DNA from: Thiopseudomonas sp.
GTDB lineage: Bacteria; Pseudomonadota; Gammaproteobacteria; Pseudomonadales; Pseudomonadaceae
DNA: 64,000 nt
Direction: 5' to 3'
Assembly: GCA_035647155.1 (NCBI GenBank)
Contig: DASRNZ010000162.1
Location: 3,918-67,917 of the forward strand
Notes under the pieces: model-generated
Seen by the model: the letters and a program-made list of their open reading frames with translations, nothing else
Database searches by the model: none
What the model was told of the DNA's origin: nothing
Shown here: positions 31,278-41,110 of the stretch, piece after piece
Layout: every line of letters begins with the position of its first letter
Numbering within the stretch: position 1 is the stretch's first letter
Translations under genes and position numbers: made by a program

Positions 31278-31978
31278 GCCACGACATCCCAGATTACGAA
31301 TTTGAAGAGTACATCAACAAAGACACCAACAACGGACACGATAAGCACAGCGGCGGATTAAAATCTGCCATGGCGCGCCGTTTTCGCGGTTACTTACCTG
31401 TTGTGATTGATGTCGAAACCGGCGGTTTTAATTGTGCCACTGATGGTTTACTGGAAATCGCTGCAGTGATTCCAGCCATGGATGATGAAGGTCTGCTCTA
31501 TGCTGAGCACACTTTGTTTTTCCGCGTTAAACCTTTTGAAGGTGCCAATATTGAGCAAGCCGCATTGGACTTTACTGGCATCAAGCTGGATCACCCATTG
31601 CGTATGGCGGTCAAGGAAGATCACGCCCTAGGTGAGATTTTTAAAAGTGTGCGTAAATCACTGAAAGCGGCCGGCTGTAAGCGTGCCATTTTAGTCGGCC
31701 ACAACAGCCACTTTGACTTAGGTTTTCTCAATGCAGCGGTTGAGCGTTGTGGTATTAAACGCAACCCTTTCCACCCCTTCTCCAGCTTTGATACCGCGAC
31801 ATTGGGTGGCTTAGCTTACGGACAAACCGTATTAGCTAAAGCCTGTGAAGCAGCAGATATCAATTTTGATAGCCGTGAAGCACACAACGCGCGCTACGAT
31901 ACGGAAAAAACCGCAGAACTCTTTTTCGGCATTGTGAATCGCTGGAAAGAAATGGGCGGCTGGGACGACATCGAGTAA
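31274..31978 (+). CDS. rnt: Ribonuclease T
   Basis: [34 protein letters not shown] (DEDDh). The ATG at 31274 overlaps the pyrC stop (ATGA). Confidence 0.93.
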   Translation: MSHDIPDYEFEEYINKDTNNGHDKHSGGLKSAMARRFRGYLPVVIDVETGGFNCATDGLLEIAAVIPAMDDEGLLYAEHTLFFRVKPFEGANIEQAALDFTGIKLDHPLRMAVKEDHALGEIFKSVRKSLKAAGCKRAILVGHNSHFDLGFLNAAVERCGIKRNPFHPFSSFDTATLGGLAYGQTVLAKACEAADINFDSREAHNARYDTEKTAELFFGIVNRWKEMGGWDDIE

Positions 31979-32012
31979 GCTCAAGCTCACTTAAAGCGTT
32001 CTAAGACACACT

Positions 32013-32049
32013 AGGCGGTATGCACACTGAATGCATACCGCCTATTTTT
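32013..32049 (+). terminator. Rho-independent terminator after rnt
   Basis: AGGCGGTATGCA-CACTGAA-TGCATACCGCCT followed by ATTTTT. Confidence 0.85.
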
Positions 32050-32073
32050 CACTCAAGTAAAGCCAACAGGCGC

Positions 32074-32892
32074 TTACTTAAGACGTCGCTCAATACCCAT
32101 CTCAACTAATATTTTCGCAGAAATCTCTTCAACAGAAAAATGCGTGGTATTGATAAAATTGATATTTTCGCGCTTAAACAACCCTTCCACTTCACGCACC
32201 TCGAACTCACATTGTGCGTAACTGGCATAACGACTGTTGGGTTTACGCTCATTACGAATGGCCGCTAAACGGTCAGCATCAATGGTTAAACCAAAGAGCT
32301 TTTCTTTATACTTCTTTAACGAACAAGGCAGCTGCAAGCTTTCCATATCGTCTTCAGTTAACGGATAGTTAGCTGCACGAATACCGTACTGCATGGCCAT
32401 ATACAGGCAGGTTGGCGTTTTACCGCAACGCGAGACACCGACCAAAATAATATCGGCACTATCATAATGACGGGTGCGACCACCATCATCGTTATCCAGC
32501 GCAAAATGCACCGCTTCGATACGCTCCATATAGTTGGCACTGTGCGCAATGGAATGTGATTTACCCACTGAATAGGATGAGCGATCACTCAATTCTTCTT
32601 CAAGCGGCGCTAAAAAGCTGGAGAAAATGTCCACTTTAAACGCATTCGCCGTGGTTAAAATATCGCGAATTTCAGTGTTTACAATGGTATCGAAGACAAT
32701 GGGTCGCATCTCTTCATTGTCCGCAACCTCATTAATTTGTTGTACCATTGCCTGTGCTTTTTCAACAGTGTCAATGTAGGGTCGGGTTAAGCGGCGGAAA
32801 TCGATATTATCAAACTGCGCTAATAGGCTTTGTCCAAGCGTTTCGGCAGTGATACCCGTTCCATCTGAGATAAAAAAAGCTGTACGTTTCAT
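32074..32892 (-). CDS. ppsR: PEP synthase regulatory protein (bifunctional kinase/pyrophosphorylase, DUF299)
   Basis: [26 protein letters not shown]. Divergent from ppsA. ATG at 32892. Confidence 0.93.
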   Translation of the reverse strand: MKRTAFFISDGTGITAETLGQSLLAQFDNIDFRRLTRPYIDTVEKAQAMVQQINEVADNEEMRPIVFDTIVNTEIRDILTTANAFKVDIFSSFLAPLEEELSDRSSYSVGKSHSIAHSANYMERIEAVHFALDNDDGGRTRHYDSADIILVGVSRCGKTPTCLYMAMQYGIRAANYPLTEDDMESLQLPCSLKKYKEKLFGLTIDADRLAAIRNERKPNSRYASYAQCEFEVREVEGLFKRENINFINTTHFSVEEISAKILVEMGIERRLK

Positions 32893-33043
32893 AATTGCCA
32901 AAAGCCTTAAGTCGTGAACATTTCTCGGTTAGTATAGGCTTGTAAGTGCCTGACATGTTGTTGGGCGACATTGTGACCCATTTTCCCCAAACAAGGCCAA
33001 TAGATTAAATTGGCTCTTTCAATACAGACGTGGAGAGATCACC

Positions 33044-35410
33044 TTGGTTGAATACGTAGTTTCCCTCGATAAGCTCGGTAACCATGATGTTGAGCGTGTA
33101 GGGGGCAAAAACGCTTCCCTAGGCGAAATGATCAGCAACCTTGCAGGCGCCGGTGTTTCAGTGCCTGGCGGCTTTGCCACCACTGCGCAAGCCTACCGTG
33201 ACTTTATTGATGCCAATAATCTAGACGCACGTATCCATGATTTATTGGATATTTTAGATACCGATGACGTGAATGCACTGGCTAAAGCGGGTGCACAAAT
33301 TCGCCAATGGATTTTAGACGCAGACTTCCCTGCCCAGCTCGACAGCGATATTCGCACTGCCTTTGCCGACATGGCCAATGGCAACGAGAATATGGCTGTG
33401 GCTGTGCGTTCATCCGCTACCGCTGAAGACTTGCCTGATGCCTCTTTTGCTGGTCAGCAAGAAACCTTCTTGAATATTCGCGGCGTGGATAATGTCATCT
33501 ACGCAGCAAAAGAAGTCTTTGCTTCACTGTTTAATGACCGTGCGATTTCTTACCGTGTACACCAAGGCTTTGACCACCGCAATGTGGCCTTATCCGTGGG
33601 TGTACAACGTATGGTGCGCTCTGAAACTGCAGCGGCTGGCGTAATGTTCAGCCTCGACACTGAGTCTGGTTTCCGTGACGTGGTCTTTATCACGGGTGCC
33701 TATGGCCTCGGTGAAACCGTGGTACAGGGCGCTGTTAACCCTGATGAATTCTATGTGCACAAGCAAACCTTAGCCGGCGGTCGTCCAGCGATTTTACGTC
33801 GCAACTTGGGCAGTAAAGCACTGAAGATGATCTACGGTGCTGATGCAAGCGCAGGTAAATCCATTGAAACCATTGATGTTGCTCCTGCTGATCGTATGCG
33901 CTTTTGCTTAAGTGATGAAGAAGTCACTAACTTAGCCAAGCAAGCAGTGATCATCGAGCAGCACTATGGCTGCCCTATGGATATCGAGTGGGCTAAAGAC
34001 GGTGATGATGGCAAGCTATACATTGTACAAGCCCGCCCAGAAACCGTTAAAAGCCGCAGCAACCTCAATGTAATGGAGCGCTACTTGCTTAAAGAGCAAG
34101 GTACTGTATTAGTTGAAGGTCGTGCCATTGGTCAGCGTATCGGTGCAGGCCGCGTGCGTATTATCAATGATGTGTCAGAGATGGAGAAAGTCCAACCCGG
34201 TGATGTATTAGTTTCAGATATGACCGACCCAGATTGGGAACCAGTGATGAAACGCGCCAGCGCTATCGTCACTAACCGTGGTGGCCGTACCTGTCACGCA
34301 GCGATTATTGCCCGTGAGTTGGGTATTCCAGCGGTCGTCGGTTGTGGTAATGCCACTGCTCTGCTGAAAGACGGCCAAGGCGTCACCGTATCCTGTGCTG
34401 AAGGTGATACCGGTTATGTTTTTGAAGGCGAACTGAATTTTGATATTCGCACTAACTCTGTTGAAGCGATGCCAGATTTACCCTTCAAAATCATGATGAA
34501 CGTGGGTAACCCTGATCGTGCCTTTGATTTTGCCCAACTGCCAAACGAAGGTGTGGGTTTAGCCCGTCTTGAGTTTATTATCAACCGTATGATTGGCGTA
34601 CACCCCAAAGCTCTGCTCAACTTTGATAGTTTGCCCAGCGACTTACAAGACAGCATTGAAAAACGCACTGCCGGTTATGCCAGCCCGATTGATTTCTATG
34701 TCGATAAATTGGTTGAAGGTGTCAGTACTTTAGCCGCTGCATTCTGGCCGAAAAAAGTCATTGTGCGTTTGTCTGACTTTAAATCCAACGAATACGCCAA
34801 CCTCATCGGCGGTAAGCTCTACGAGCCCACCGAAGAAAACCCCATGTTAGGTTTCCGTGGCGCTTCACGTTATATCAGCGAATCATTCCGCGATTGTTTT
34901 GAACTGGAATGCCGCGCGATGAAGCGTGTGCGTGATGTGATGGGTTTAACCAACGTTGAGTTGATGGTGCCCTTTGTACGTACCGTCAATGAAGCCGCGC
35001 AAGTGGTCGGCCTGCTCGAAGAGTATGGTTTGAAACGCGGTGAAAACGGTCTGCGCTTAATTATGATGTGCGAACTGCCATCCAATGCCTTGTTAGCTGA
35101 CGAATTCCTTGAGCACTTCGATGGTTTCTCCATTGGCTCCAATGATATGACGCAGCTGACCTTAGGTCTCGACCGTGACTCAGGTGTGATTGCGCACTTG
35201 TTTGATGAGCGTGACCCAGCGGTTAAAAAACTGCTATCAATGGCTATTCAAGCCTGTATTAAAGCCGATAAATACATTGGTATTTGCGGTCAAGGTCCAT
35301 CTGACCACCCTGACCTAGCACGCTGGTTAATGGACGAAGGTATCGAAAGCGTTTCCCTCAATCCAGACTCAGTACTGGATACTTGGTTCTTCCTCGCGGA
35401 AAATAACTAA
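33044..35410 (+). CDS. ppsA: Phosphoenolpyruvate synthase
   Basis: [37 protein letters not shown] start has GGAGAG upstream. Confidence 0.96.
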   Translation: MVEYVVSLDKLGNHDVERVGGKNASLGEMISNLAGAGVSVPGGFATTAQAYRDFIDANNLDARIHDLLDILDTDDVNALAKAGAQIRQWILDADFPAQLDSDIRTAFADMANGNENMAVAVRSSATAEDLPDASFAGQQETFLNIRGVDNVIYAAKEVFASLFNDRAISYRVHQGFDHRNVALSVGVQRMVRSETAAAGVMFSLDTESGFRDVVFITGAYGLGETVVQGAVNPDEFYVHKQTLAGGRPAILRRNLGSKALKMIYGADASAGKSIETIDVAPADRMRFCLSDEEVTNLAKQAVIIEQHYGCPMDIEWAKDGDDGKLYIVQARPETVKSRSNLNVMERYLLKEQGTVLVEGRAIGQRIGAGRVRIINDVSEMEKVQPGDVLVSDMTDPDWEPVMKRASAIVTNRGGRTCHAAIIARELGIPAVVGCGNATALLKDGQGVTVSCAEGDTGYVFEGELNFDIRTNSVEAMPDLPFKIMMNVGNPDRAFDFAQLPNEGVGLARLEFIINRMIGVHPKALLNFDSLPSDLQDSIEKRTAGYASPIDFYVDKLVEGVSTLAAAFWPKKVIVRLSDFKSNEYANLIGGKLYEPTEENPMLGFRGASRYISESFRDCFELECRAMKRVRDVMGLTNVELMVPFVRTVNEAAQVVGLLEEYGLKRGENGLRLIMMCELPSNALLADEFLEHFDGFSIGSNDMTQLTLGLDRDSGVIAHLFDERDPAVKKLLSMAIQACIKADKYIGICGQGPSDHPDLARWLMDEGIESVSLNPDSVLDTWFFLAENN

Positions 35411-35420
35411 GACCTGAATC

Positions 35421-35451
35421 CACCTGCGCGCCTCATTCAGGCGTGCAGGTG
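35421..35451 (+). terminator. Hairpin after ppsA (weak-tail terminator candidate)
   Basis: CACCTGCGCGC-N9-GCGTGCAGGTG (10 of 11 bp paired) followed by TGTT. Confidence 0.4.
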
Positions 35452-35651
35452 TGTTATCTACAGCATGACCCTTCGATTAATTTATACAGCACGCCAGTCC
35501 ATTGCCCCGTCGATTTAAGTGCCTATCAAGTACACCCAACCTCTCCCACAAGTTATAAGAAATGATTTCTATATAACCATATAGCAAATGATTCTTTCTG
35601 TGTCGGCAAGCACTATGCCATTATTGCACCACAGATATAGGAGTCACAGCT

Positions 35652-36596
35652 ATGAAATATTTTTACGCCAGTTTGGCGTTTTTTTTATCCTTAGTCTTTG
35701 CTAATGCACAGGCTGCAACCTCGCAACCCTTAATTGAAGCCCATGAGCTCACTGATGCTCTAATGGCTCATCCAGAGTTGCAAGTTATTGATATTCGCAG
35801 TCCTGAAGATTACGCCGCTGGACATATTCCACAGGCGCTCTCGGCTCCTTACGGACAATGGCGTGGCCCAGCAAATAACCCGGGGCAATTAGCTGATGAC
35901 GCCTACTTTCAAGAGTTACTGCGTACATTAGGCGTAACCCAGCAGCACCCCATTGTGGTCTATTCCAGCGGCGCTGATGAAACTGACTTTGGTGCAGCTG
36001 CGCGAGTGTATTGGACGCTGAAATATTTAGGGCTGACTGACCTGAGCGTGCTCAACGGTGGTTTTAAGCAGTGGCAGCAAGGGATCAGTACCCAAGCGCC
36101 AAGAGTGCAAGCCAGCCAACTCGTAGTAAACAGCAACCCTGATCTAGTGATTTTTCAAGACGAGTTGCTGGATAAGATCACTCGCCAAGATACCACCTAT
36201 CAATTACTCGATGCGCGCCCGCCTATTTTTTACCAAGGCCAAGCTAAAGCACCCACCGCCAGTACCGGTGGTACCATTGCTACTGCACAAAACACACCTT
36301 TTGGTCAGTGGTTTAACCAAGATGACACCCGTATTCGCCCGACAGCTGAAATTAAAGCCTTAGTGCGTGAACAAGGCCTAGATCAAGCACAAGAGACGGT
36401 ATCCTTTTGTAATACCGGTCACTGGGCAGCCACCAACTGGTTTGTCTTATCCGAGTTAGCCGGCCTTAAAGATGTCCGCCTCTACCCTGCTTCACTGGCA
36501 GAGTGGACACAGAATTCAGCCAGTTTACCGATGGAAAATACGCCCAGCCGTTTTGAGCAACTGCAAGCTCAATTTTCTAAGCTGGTGAATAACTGA
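35652..36596 (+). CDS. Periplasmic tandem-rhodanese sulfurtransferase
   Basis: Signal peptide ...VFANAQA|A. Two rhodanese repeats; active-site loop FCNTGHWAA in the second. AGGAG RBS. Confidence 0.85.
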   Translation: MKYFYASLAFFLSLVFANAQAATSQPLIEAHELTDALMAHPELQVIDIRSPEDYAAGHIPQALSAPYGQWRGPANNPGQLADDAYFQELLRTLGVTQQHPIVVYSSGADETDFGAAARVYWTLKYLGLTDLSVLNGGFKQWQQGISTQAPRVQASQLVVNSNPDLVIFQDELLDKITRQDTTYQLLDARPPIFYQGQAKAPTASTGGTIATAQNTPFGQWFNQDDTRIRPTAEIKALVREQGLDQAQETVSFCNTGHWAATNWFVLSELAGLKDVRLYPASLAEWTQNSASLPMENTPSRFEQLQAQFSKLVNN

Positions 36597-36597
36597 T

Positions 36598-37689
36598 ATG
36601 AAAAATCGTTTGGCTTTAACTCTAGTGTTCGCTGGCTTTGCGGCATTCTTATTTTGGTTTGTCTCAGTACGCCAAAGCTTATTATTTTTAGTCGGTATCG
36701 GTCTAGGTGGCGTATTAGCCGGTGCACGCTTTGGCTTTACTACCGGCTGGCGCAATCTGATTGAAAAACGTGATGCCAGCGGCGTCTTTGCACAGATACT
36801 CTTATTAGCCATTGCTGCAGCATTCTCCATGCCGTTACTGGCCAGCTTCCCCACTGAGCTGAGTGCTGCTTTAGGCCCACCGAGTATCAGCTTGTTAATC
36901 GGTGCTTTAGTCTTTGGTGGCGCAATGCAAATTGCCGACGGCTGTGGCTCGGGGACTTTATATAAAGCTGGCCTCGGTATTCCATTGAATATGGCTATTT
37001 TGCCGGTGTTTGCTCTGGGTAGCTTCTTAGGCTCAGCACATCTAGGCTGGTGGCTCGACTTAGGTCATCTGGAACCTGTGGGTTTAGTTGAAGAAGTCGG
37101 CCTCGGCGGTGCACTGAGTTTAACTTACCTGGGTTTAATTGTTGTCGGTCTTGCCGCCTGGTGGTGGTCAAAAACCAACACCACTGTGCACAGCTTATTC
37201 AATAAAAAACTCATCATTGGCGCAGTAGCGATTGCAGTATTAGCCGTATTGATTTTAGTGATTGCCGGTAAGCCTTGGGGCGTGGTTTATGGCTTTGGCT
37301 TATGGGCGGCAAAAATTGCTAACGCAGGCAATCTATTTGATCCCGCCACCAATGCGTTTTGGAGTCAGCCGGTCAATACCACCGCATTACAGCAGTCAGT
37401 ATTTTTAGACCTGACCTCAATTACTAATATTGGTATTTTAGCGGGTGCGTTATGGATCTTCTCACGCAATAAAACCGGCAAGTCCAATCCGCTGAATACT
37501 CAGCAGTGGGTTGTGGGCATTATTGCAGGATTCTTATTGGGTTACAGCTCGCGTTTAGCCTTTGGCTGTAACGTGGGTGCAATGGTCAGTGGAATCTCTA
37601 CCGGCAGTATCCACGGCTGGATTTGGGTAGTGATGGCCTTCTTAGGCTCGCTGATTGGTGTACGTGTTCGCCGCTATTTTGGATACTGA
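36598..37689 (+). CDS. YeeE/YedE-family sulfur-compound (thiosulfate) transporter
   Basis: DGCGSGTLYK and AFGCNVGAM Cys motifs in a multi-TM protein. Starts 1 nt after the rhodanese stop. Confidence 0.85.
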   Translation: MKNRLALTLVFAGFAAFLFWFVSVRQSLLFLVGIGLGGVLAGARFGFTTGWRNLIEKRDASGVFAQILLLAIAAAFSMPLLASFPTELSAALGPPSISLLIGALVFGGAMQIADGCGSGTLYKAGLGIPLNMAILPVFALGSFLGSAHLGWWLDLGHLEPVGLVEEVGLGGALSLTYLGLIVVGLAAWWWSKTNTTVHSLFNKKLIIGAVAIAVLAVLILVIAGKPWGVVYGFGLWAAKIANAGNLFDPATNAFWSQPVNTTALQQSVFLDLTSITNIGILAGALWIFSRNKTGKSNPLNTQQWVVGIIAGFLLGYSSRLAFGCNVGAMVSGISTGSIHGWIWVVMAFLGSLIGVRVRRYFGY

Positions 37690-37690
37690 T

Positions 37691-37849
37691 ATGAATAATT
37701 TACGTATTGTTGTGTTTTGGACTGCGCTATTGGGCTTCTTTGTCTGGGACTGGCAGCACTCACAACCGGTCAACTTGCGCTTAGAAGCACCGATTATTGC
37801 CATTGGCTCAGGCCAAGCTCCTTCCGGCGGACATTGCGCCACCTTCTAA
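37691..37849 (+). CDS. Hypothetical 52-aa single-TM peptide with a C-terminal GGHCATF tail
   Basis: MNNLRIVVFWTALLGFFVWDWQHSQPVNLRLEAPIIAIGSGQAPSGGHCATF. The ATG lies 1 nt after the yeeE stop, in the same CTGATATGAA junction used at the rhodanese/yeeE boundary. Confidence 0.45.
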   Translation: MNNLRIVVFWTALLGFFVWDWQHSQPVNLRLEAPIIAIGSGQAPSGGHCATF

Positions 37850-37856
37850 ATTCAGC

Positions 37857-37895
37857 AAAAAATAGCCGAGCTCAAATATATCTGAGCTCGGCTAT
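37857..37895 (-). terminator. Rho-independent terminator (for the minus-strand methyltransferase gene; the hairpin may also stop the plus-strand operon)
   Basis: 13-bp stem ATAGCCGAGCTCA / TGAGCTCGGCTAT. The U-run is on the minus-strand RNA (A-run 37857-37862 on plus). Confidence 0.8.
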
Positions 37896-37923
37896 CATCA
37901 GTACAATAACGGCTACAACACAA

Positions 37924-38700
37924 TCACACTTCTAAGCGTATACCGGCCGAGACTTGCTTGCTATCAACCGCTGGCAACAACAGGCCATCTTGATAACCGG
38001 ACATAAAAACTTCAGCTTCTTGAGTCACAGTGGTTTGAATCACTAAACGCACGCGAGTGCCAAGCACCTTGGCTTCAACCAACTCCACCTGCTCGTTATC
38101 GATCCAAGCCTGACCGCTGAGCATTTGAAAGGTTTGATCCAACTCCACACGGTAGACTTTGCCCTCATCACTCAGCCACTCCCAAGTCCCTTGTAGCGGT
38201 GCGGGAACCACCCATTTATACAAATACACACCGCCCATCGCACGTTTAGCATCAGGCTGCCAACGCCCCATATTAAAGGCATGCGCAATAATACGTGTAC
38301 CGGGCTTAAGCTCAGTCAAAATGCGTGCTTTTAACTTCACGTTCAGTGAGGGCAGTAAATACAAGGTCAGCACTGTGGCTTCACTGAAATCAACCGTCAG
38401 TAAATCCTCTTGCAGAAACTCAACGCGATCTTCAACACCGATGGTTTCTGCCAAAGCATTAGCCTCAGCAATACGGCGCGGATCCATATCAACACCCACC
38501 GCACGTGCGCCACGCTCCATCGCTGCAGCGACAACAATACGACCATCACCGCAACCCAAGTCATATAACACATCATTGGCAGTGACGGCGGCCATTTTCA
38601 GCATGGCTTCAACCACTAATTCATCGGTTGGTACAAAGATGACATCAAGTTCAGCATCCACCTTGGTAAACCCCTCTTCAAAAATCAGATCAGTAAACAA
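37924..38700 (-). CDS. Class I SAM-dependent methyltransferase with an extra C-terminal beta-rich domain
   Basis: VLYDLGCGDGRIVV (motif I), VGVDMD, FLQEDLL. Start uncertain (TTG at 38700 or a nearby GTG). Confidence 0.75.
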   Translation of the reverse strand: MFTDLIFEEGFTKVDAELDVIFVPTDELVVEAMLKMAAVTANDVLYDLGCGDGRIVVAAAMERGARAVGVDMDPRRIAEANALAETIGVEDRVEFLQEDLLTVDFSEATVLTLYLLPSLNVKLKARILTELKPGTRIIAHAFNMGRWQPDAKRAMGGVYLYKWVVPAPLQGTWEWLSDEGKVYRVELDQTFQMLSGQAWIDNEQVELVEAKVLGTRVRLVIQTTVTQEAEVFMSGYQDGLLLPAVDSKQVSAGIRLEV

Positions 38701-38929
38701 ATAAAATACCTAAAAAATAAGCCCTAGGATTATTGCTTTAAGTCTCTTAAGCAACAACAGAGTCTATAGTACTTAATAGCGCTATATTGCAGTAAATTCG
38801 GCGATTTAGCAGATAGATGCTGGGCATTGTATACCTAGAGCATGGCATACTGCAGCCTTGCAAAAGGCCTAAAGACTCTTTTTACATCGTCTTTAGTACT
38901 TATTACAACTGCACTGCGACCTTGCGTAC

Positions 38930-38958
38930 CCGACAAATGCTTTACGAAAATGTATAAT
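38930..38958 (+). promoter_or_regulatory. Sigma-70 promoter candidate for the BASS/ACR3-like permease
   Basis: CCGACA-N17-TATAAT. The -10 element lies about 65 nt upstream of the ATG at 39023. Confidence 0.4.
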
Positions 38959-39022
38959 GTGTTCTTAGTGTCCTGCACCCTTGCAGTGTTAACCCGTGCA
39001 ACTGCACACGATAGAGGTCGGT

Positions 39023-39985
39023 ATGAAGTACATTACATGGTTAAGTAAAAACCTAAGCTTGAGCATCCCACTATTTTTACTATTGGGTTTAGCGGCTGGC
39101 TTAACATTACCCACGGACAACCTCAGCGTCTTGATTGCTCCTCTTACGCTATTGATGGTTTATCCAATGATGGTCGGAATTAAGCCCAAGCAGCTCTTGG
39201 TCGGTGGGGATAACGCCGTACAAATTTGGGCGATTGTTATCAACTTTATGTTTATTCCAGTGGTCGCTTTTGCACTGGGTCGTATCTTCTTTGCTGAGCA
39301 GCCAGAATTGGCACTGGGTTTATTATTGGCGGCCTTGCTGCCGACCAGTGGCATGACTATTTCTTGGACTGGTTTTGCTAAAGGTAACCTCCCTGCAGCG
39401 ATTAAGCTGACCTTGATTGGCTTATTTTTGGGTTCATTACTGACTCCATTTTACGTCAAGGTACTGTTGGGTTCAGAGATCCCAGTGGAATTAGGTTTGG
39501 TTTTCCAACAGATCCTAATGTTTATTGTGATCCCATTAGTTGCTGGACAAGCCACTCGTACCTTCTTGGTGCGTCGTCATGGCTTAGAAAGCTTCCAGAA
39601 AAAATATGCACCTAAATTTCCACCACTGTCGAGCTTAGGTGTATTGGGTATTGTGTTTGTGGCGATGGCGCTGAAAGGTCCAGACCTATTGGAATCACCC
39701 AGTTTAGTGTTGCGCTTATTAGTCCCCTTGTTACTGCTGTATAGCATCAACTATATCGTCAGTACTGTGATTGCTCGCAAGCGCTTCAACCGGGGTGATG
39801 GTATTGCTTTAGTGTACGGTACCGTAATGCGTAACCTGTCCATTGCTCTAGCCTTATCAATGACAGCCTTCGGTGAAGCTGGTGCACATGCAGCCTTATT
39901 AATTGCCTTAGCTTATATTATCCAAGTGCAGTCCGCTGCCTTGTATGTGAAGTTCTCAGCCAAACTCTTTCCAATGAAAGAGTGA
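39023..39985 (+). CDS. Bile acid:Na+ symporter / ACR3-superfamily permease
   Basis: About 10 TM helices. ...LLPTSGMTISWTGFAKGN... block; I could not recognise an ACR3-type arsenite Cys motif here by eye. ATG at 39023 follows AGAGG. Confidence 0.75.
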   Translation: MKYITWLSKNLSLSIPLFLLLGLAAGLTLPTDNLSVLIAPLTLLMVYPMMVGIKPKQLLVGGDNAVQIWAIVINFMFIPVVAFALGRIFFAEQPELALGLLLAALLPTSGMTISWTGFAKGNLPAAIKLTLIGLFLGSLLTPFYVKVLLGSEIPVELGLVFQQILMFIVIPLVAGQATRTFLVRRHGLESFQKKYAPKFPPLSSLGVLGIVFVAMALKGPDLLESPSLVLRLLVPLLLLYSINYIVSTVIARKRFNRGDGIALVYGTVMRNLSIALALSMTAFGEAGAHAALLIALAYIIQVQSAALYVKFSAKLFPMKE

Positions 39986-40072
39986 TGTGAGCCACTCGCT
40001 GCTTCAACTTATCACTGAGCTCAAGCAGCGAATCACAATGCAATAGCCTGCAGAACATATACTGCAGGCGAT

Positions 40073-40109
40073 AAAAAACCCCAGTACCGTCACCGATACT
40101 GGGGTTTTT
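40073..40109. terminator. Bidirectional rho-independent terminator between convergent genes
   Basis: AAAAAACCCCAGTA-CCGTCACCGA-TACTGGGGTTTTT. Confidence 0.85.
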
Positions 40110-40143
40110 CTATCAGGGCTATTAACCCTGAATTGCTGTTATC

Positions 40144-40797
40144 TTACAGCTGCTTAGTGCAGTAGTAGAAATCAACACACTCATACTCACCTGACTTAAC
40201 ACGCGCATCCGCTTCAGCTGCAGTACCTGCTGGTGGAACGATAACACGCTCACCAGGTGTCCAGCCTTCTGGTGTTGCTACGCCGTGCTCATCACTGGTT
40301 TGCAGTGCATCTAACAGACGCAAGAACTCGTCAATTAAACGACCGTTGCTCATTGGGTAGTACACCATCGCACGTAAAATACCATTAGGGTCAATGATAA
40401 AGGTCGCACGTACAGCTGAAGTATCCGCAGCACCTGGGTGGATCATGCCGTAAGCACGAGCAACATCCATTTTCAGGTCAGCAATAATTGGGAATGTGAT
40501 ATCAACACCAAATTTCTCTTTGATATTGCGCATCCAAGCAATGTGCGAGTGGGTGCTATCAATAGATAAACCTAATAACGCACAGTTACGCTTAGTGAAT
40601 TCAGGCTCTTTCTTCGCAAAGGCAACAAACTCAGTGGTACACACTGGAGTAAAGTCAGCTGGGTGTGAAAACAGCACCAACCATTTGCCTTTGTAATCGT
40701 CTAGGCACTTCTCACCGTCAGTGGTCGGTGCTTTAAATTCTGGTGCACGTTCGTTCAAACGTGGTAAACCGTAAACTGCAGTATCAGTATTTTGCAT
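40144..40797 (-). CDS. 1-Cys peroxiredoxin (Prx6-type)
   Basis: WLVLFSHPADFTPVCTTE. ATG at 40797; the track ORF extends to 40833. Confidence 0.92.
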   Translation of the reverse strand: MQNTDTAVYGLPRLNERAPEFKAPTTDGEKCLDDYKGKWLVLFSHPADFTPVCTTEFVAFAKKEPEFTKRNCALLGLSIDSTHSHIAWMRNIKEKFGVDITFPIIADLKMDVARAYGMIHPGAADTSAVRATFIIDPNGILRAMVYYPMSNGRLIDEFLRLLDALQTSDEHGVATPEGWTPGERVIVPPAGTAAEADARVKSGEYECVDFYYCTKQL

Positions 40798-41110
40798 CGT
40801 GTTACTCCTGGGTTGTTTGCTTAATCTGCACACAATATAGCATGCTAATTCTTACTGGGAATATGTATATAACTATATTCCTAATAGCTTTAAACTATTG
40901 AAGCTAACAATAACATACTTTGAAAGCATCTCATTCACTATAGCAATATCCTCAATCGTTTTGCGCACTGAATTCACTGCCAGCCACACGACAAAGGTTG
41001 TAGAGCCGATACAACAAAGCGCCCATCGAGAGCGCCTTTTTGATCTATCAGTTTGATGTGGAAAACCTCATACCTTTAGGTTTAGAGGGATGCCACACAG
41101 CCCGCAAAAC

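Noticed and set aside
38159-38704. 181-aa ORF antisense to the methyltransferase gene. Similar long antisense ORFs lie at 43508-43984 (in acnD), 55839-56264 (in the MCP), 58608-59063 (in clpA), and 8955-9432 (several, in pdxJ)
   Set aside because: Each lies fully inside a well-supported gene on the other strand. They have Ser/Ala/Arg-rich low-complexity translations typical of antisense frames, and no RBS. They are most likely shadow ORFs.
38701-39022. 322-bp gene-free region with small hairpins (GCCTT-GCAA-AAGGC; CTAAAGAC...GTCTTTAG), considered as a riboswitch or sRNA ahead of the BASS/ACR3-like permease
   Set aside because: The best promoter match (38930-38958) lies downstream of these hairpins and leaves only a ~65-nt leader. 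No known riboswitch motif was recognised. The hairpins are short and could arise by chance.
40858-40881. GGAATAT-N10-ATATTCC inverted repeat upstream of the 1-Cys peroxiredoxin gene, considered as an oxidative-stress operator
   Set aside because: It has 7-bp AT-rich arms in an AT-rich promoter and does not resemble OxyR or OhrR sites that I know. The evidence is too weak to report as a feature.
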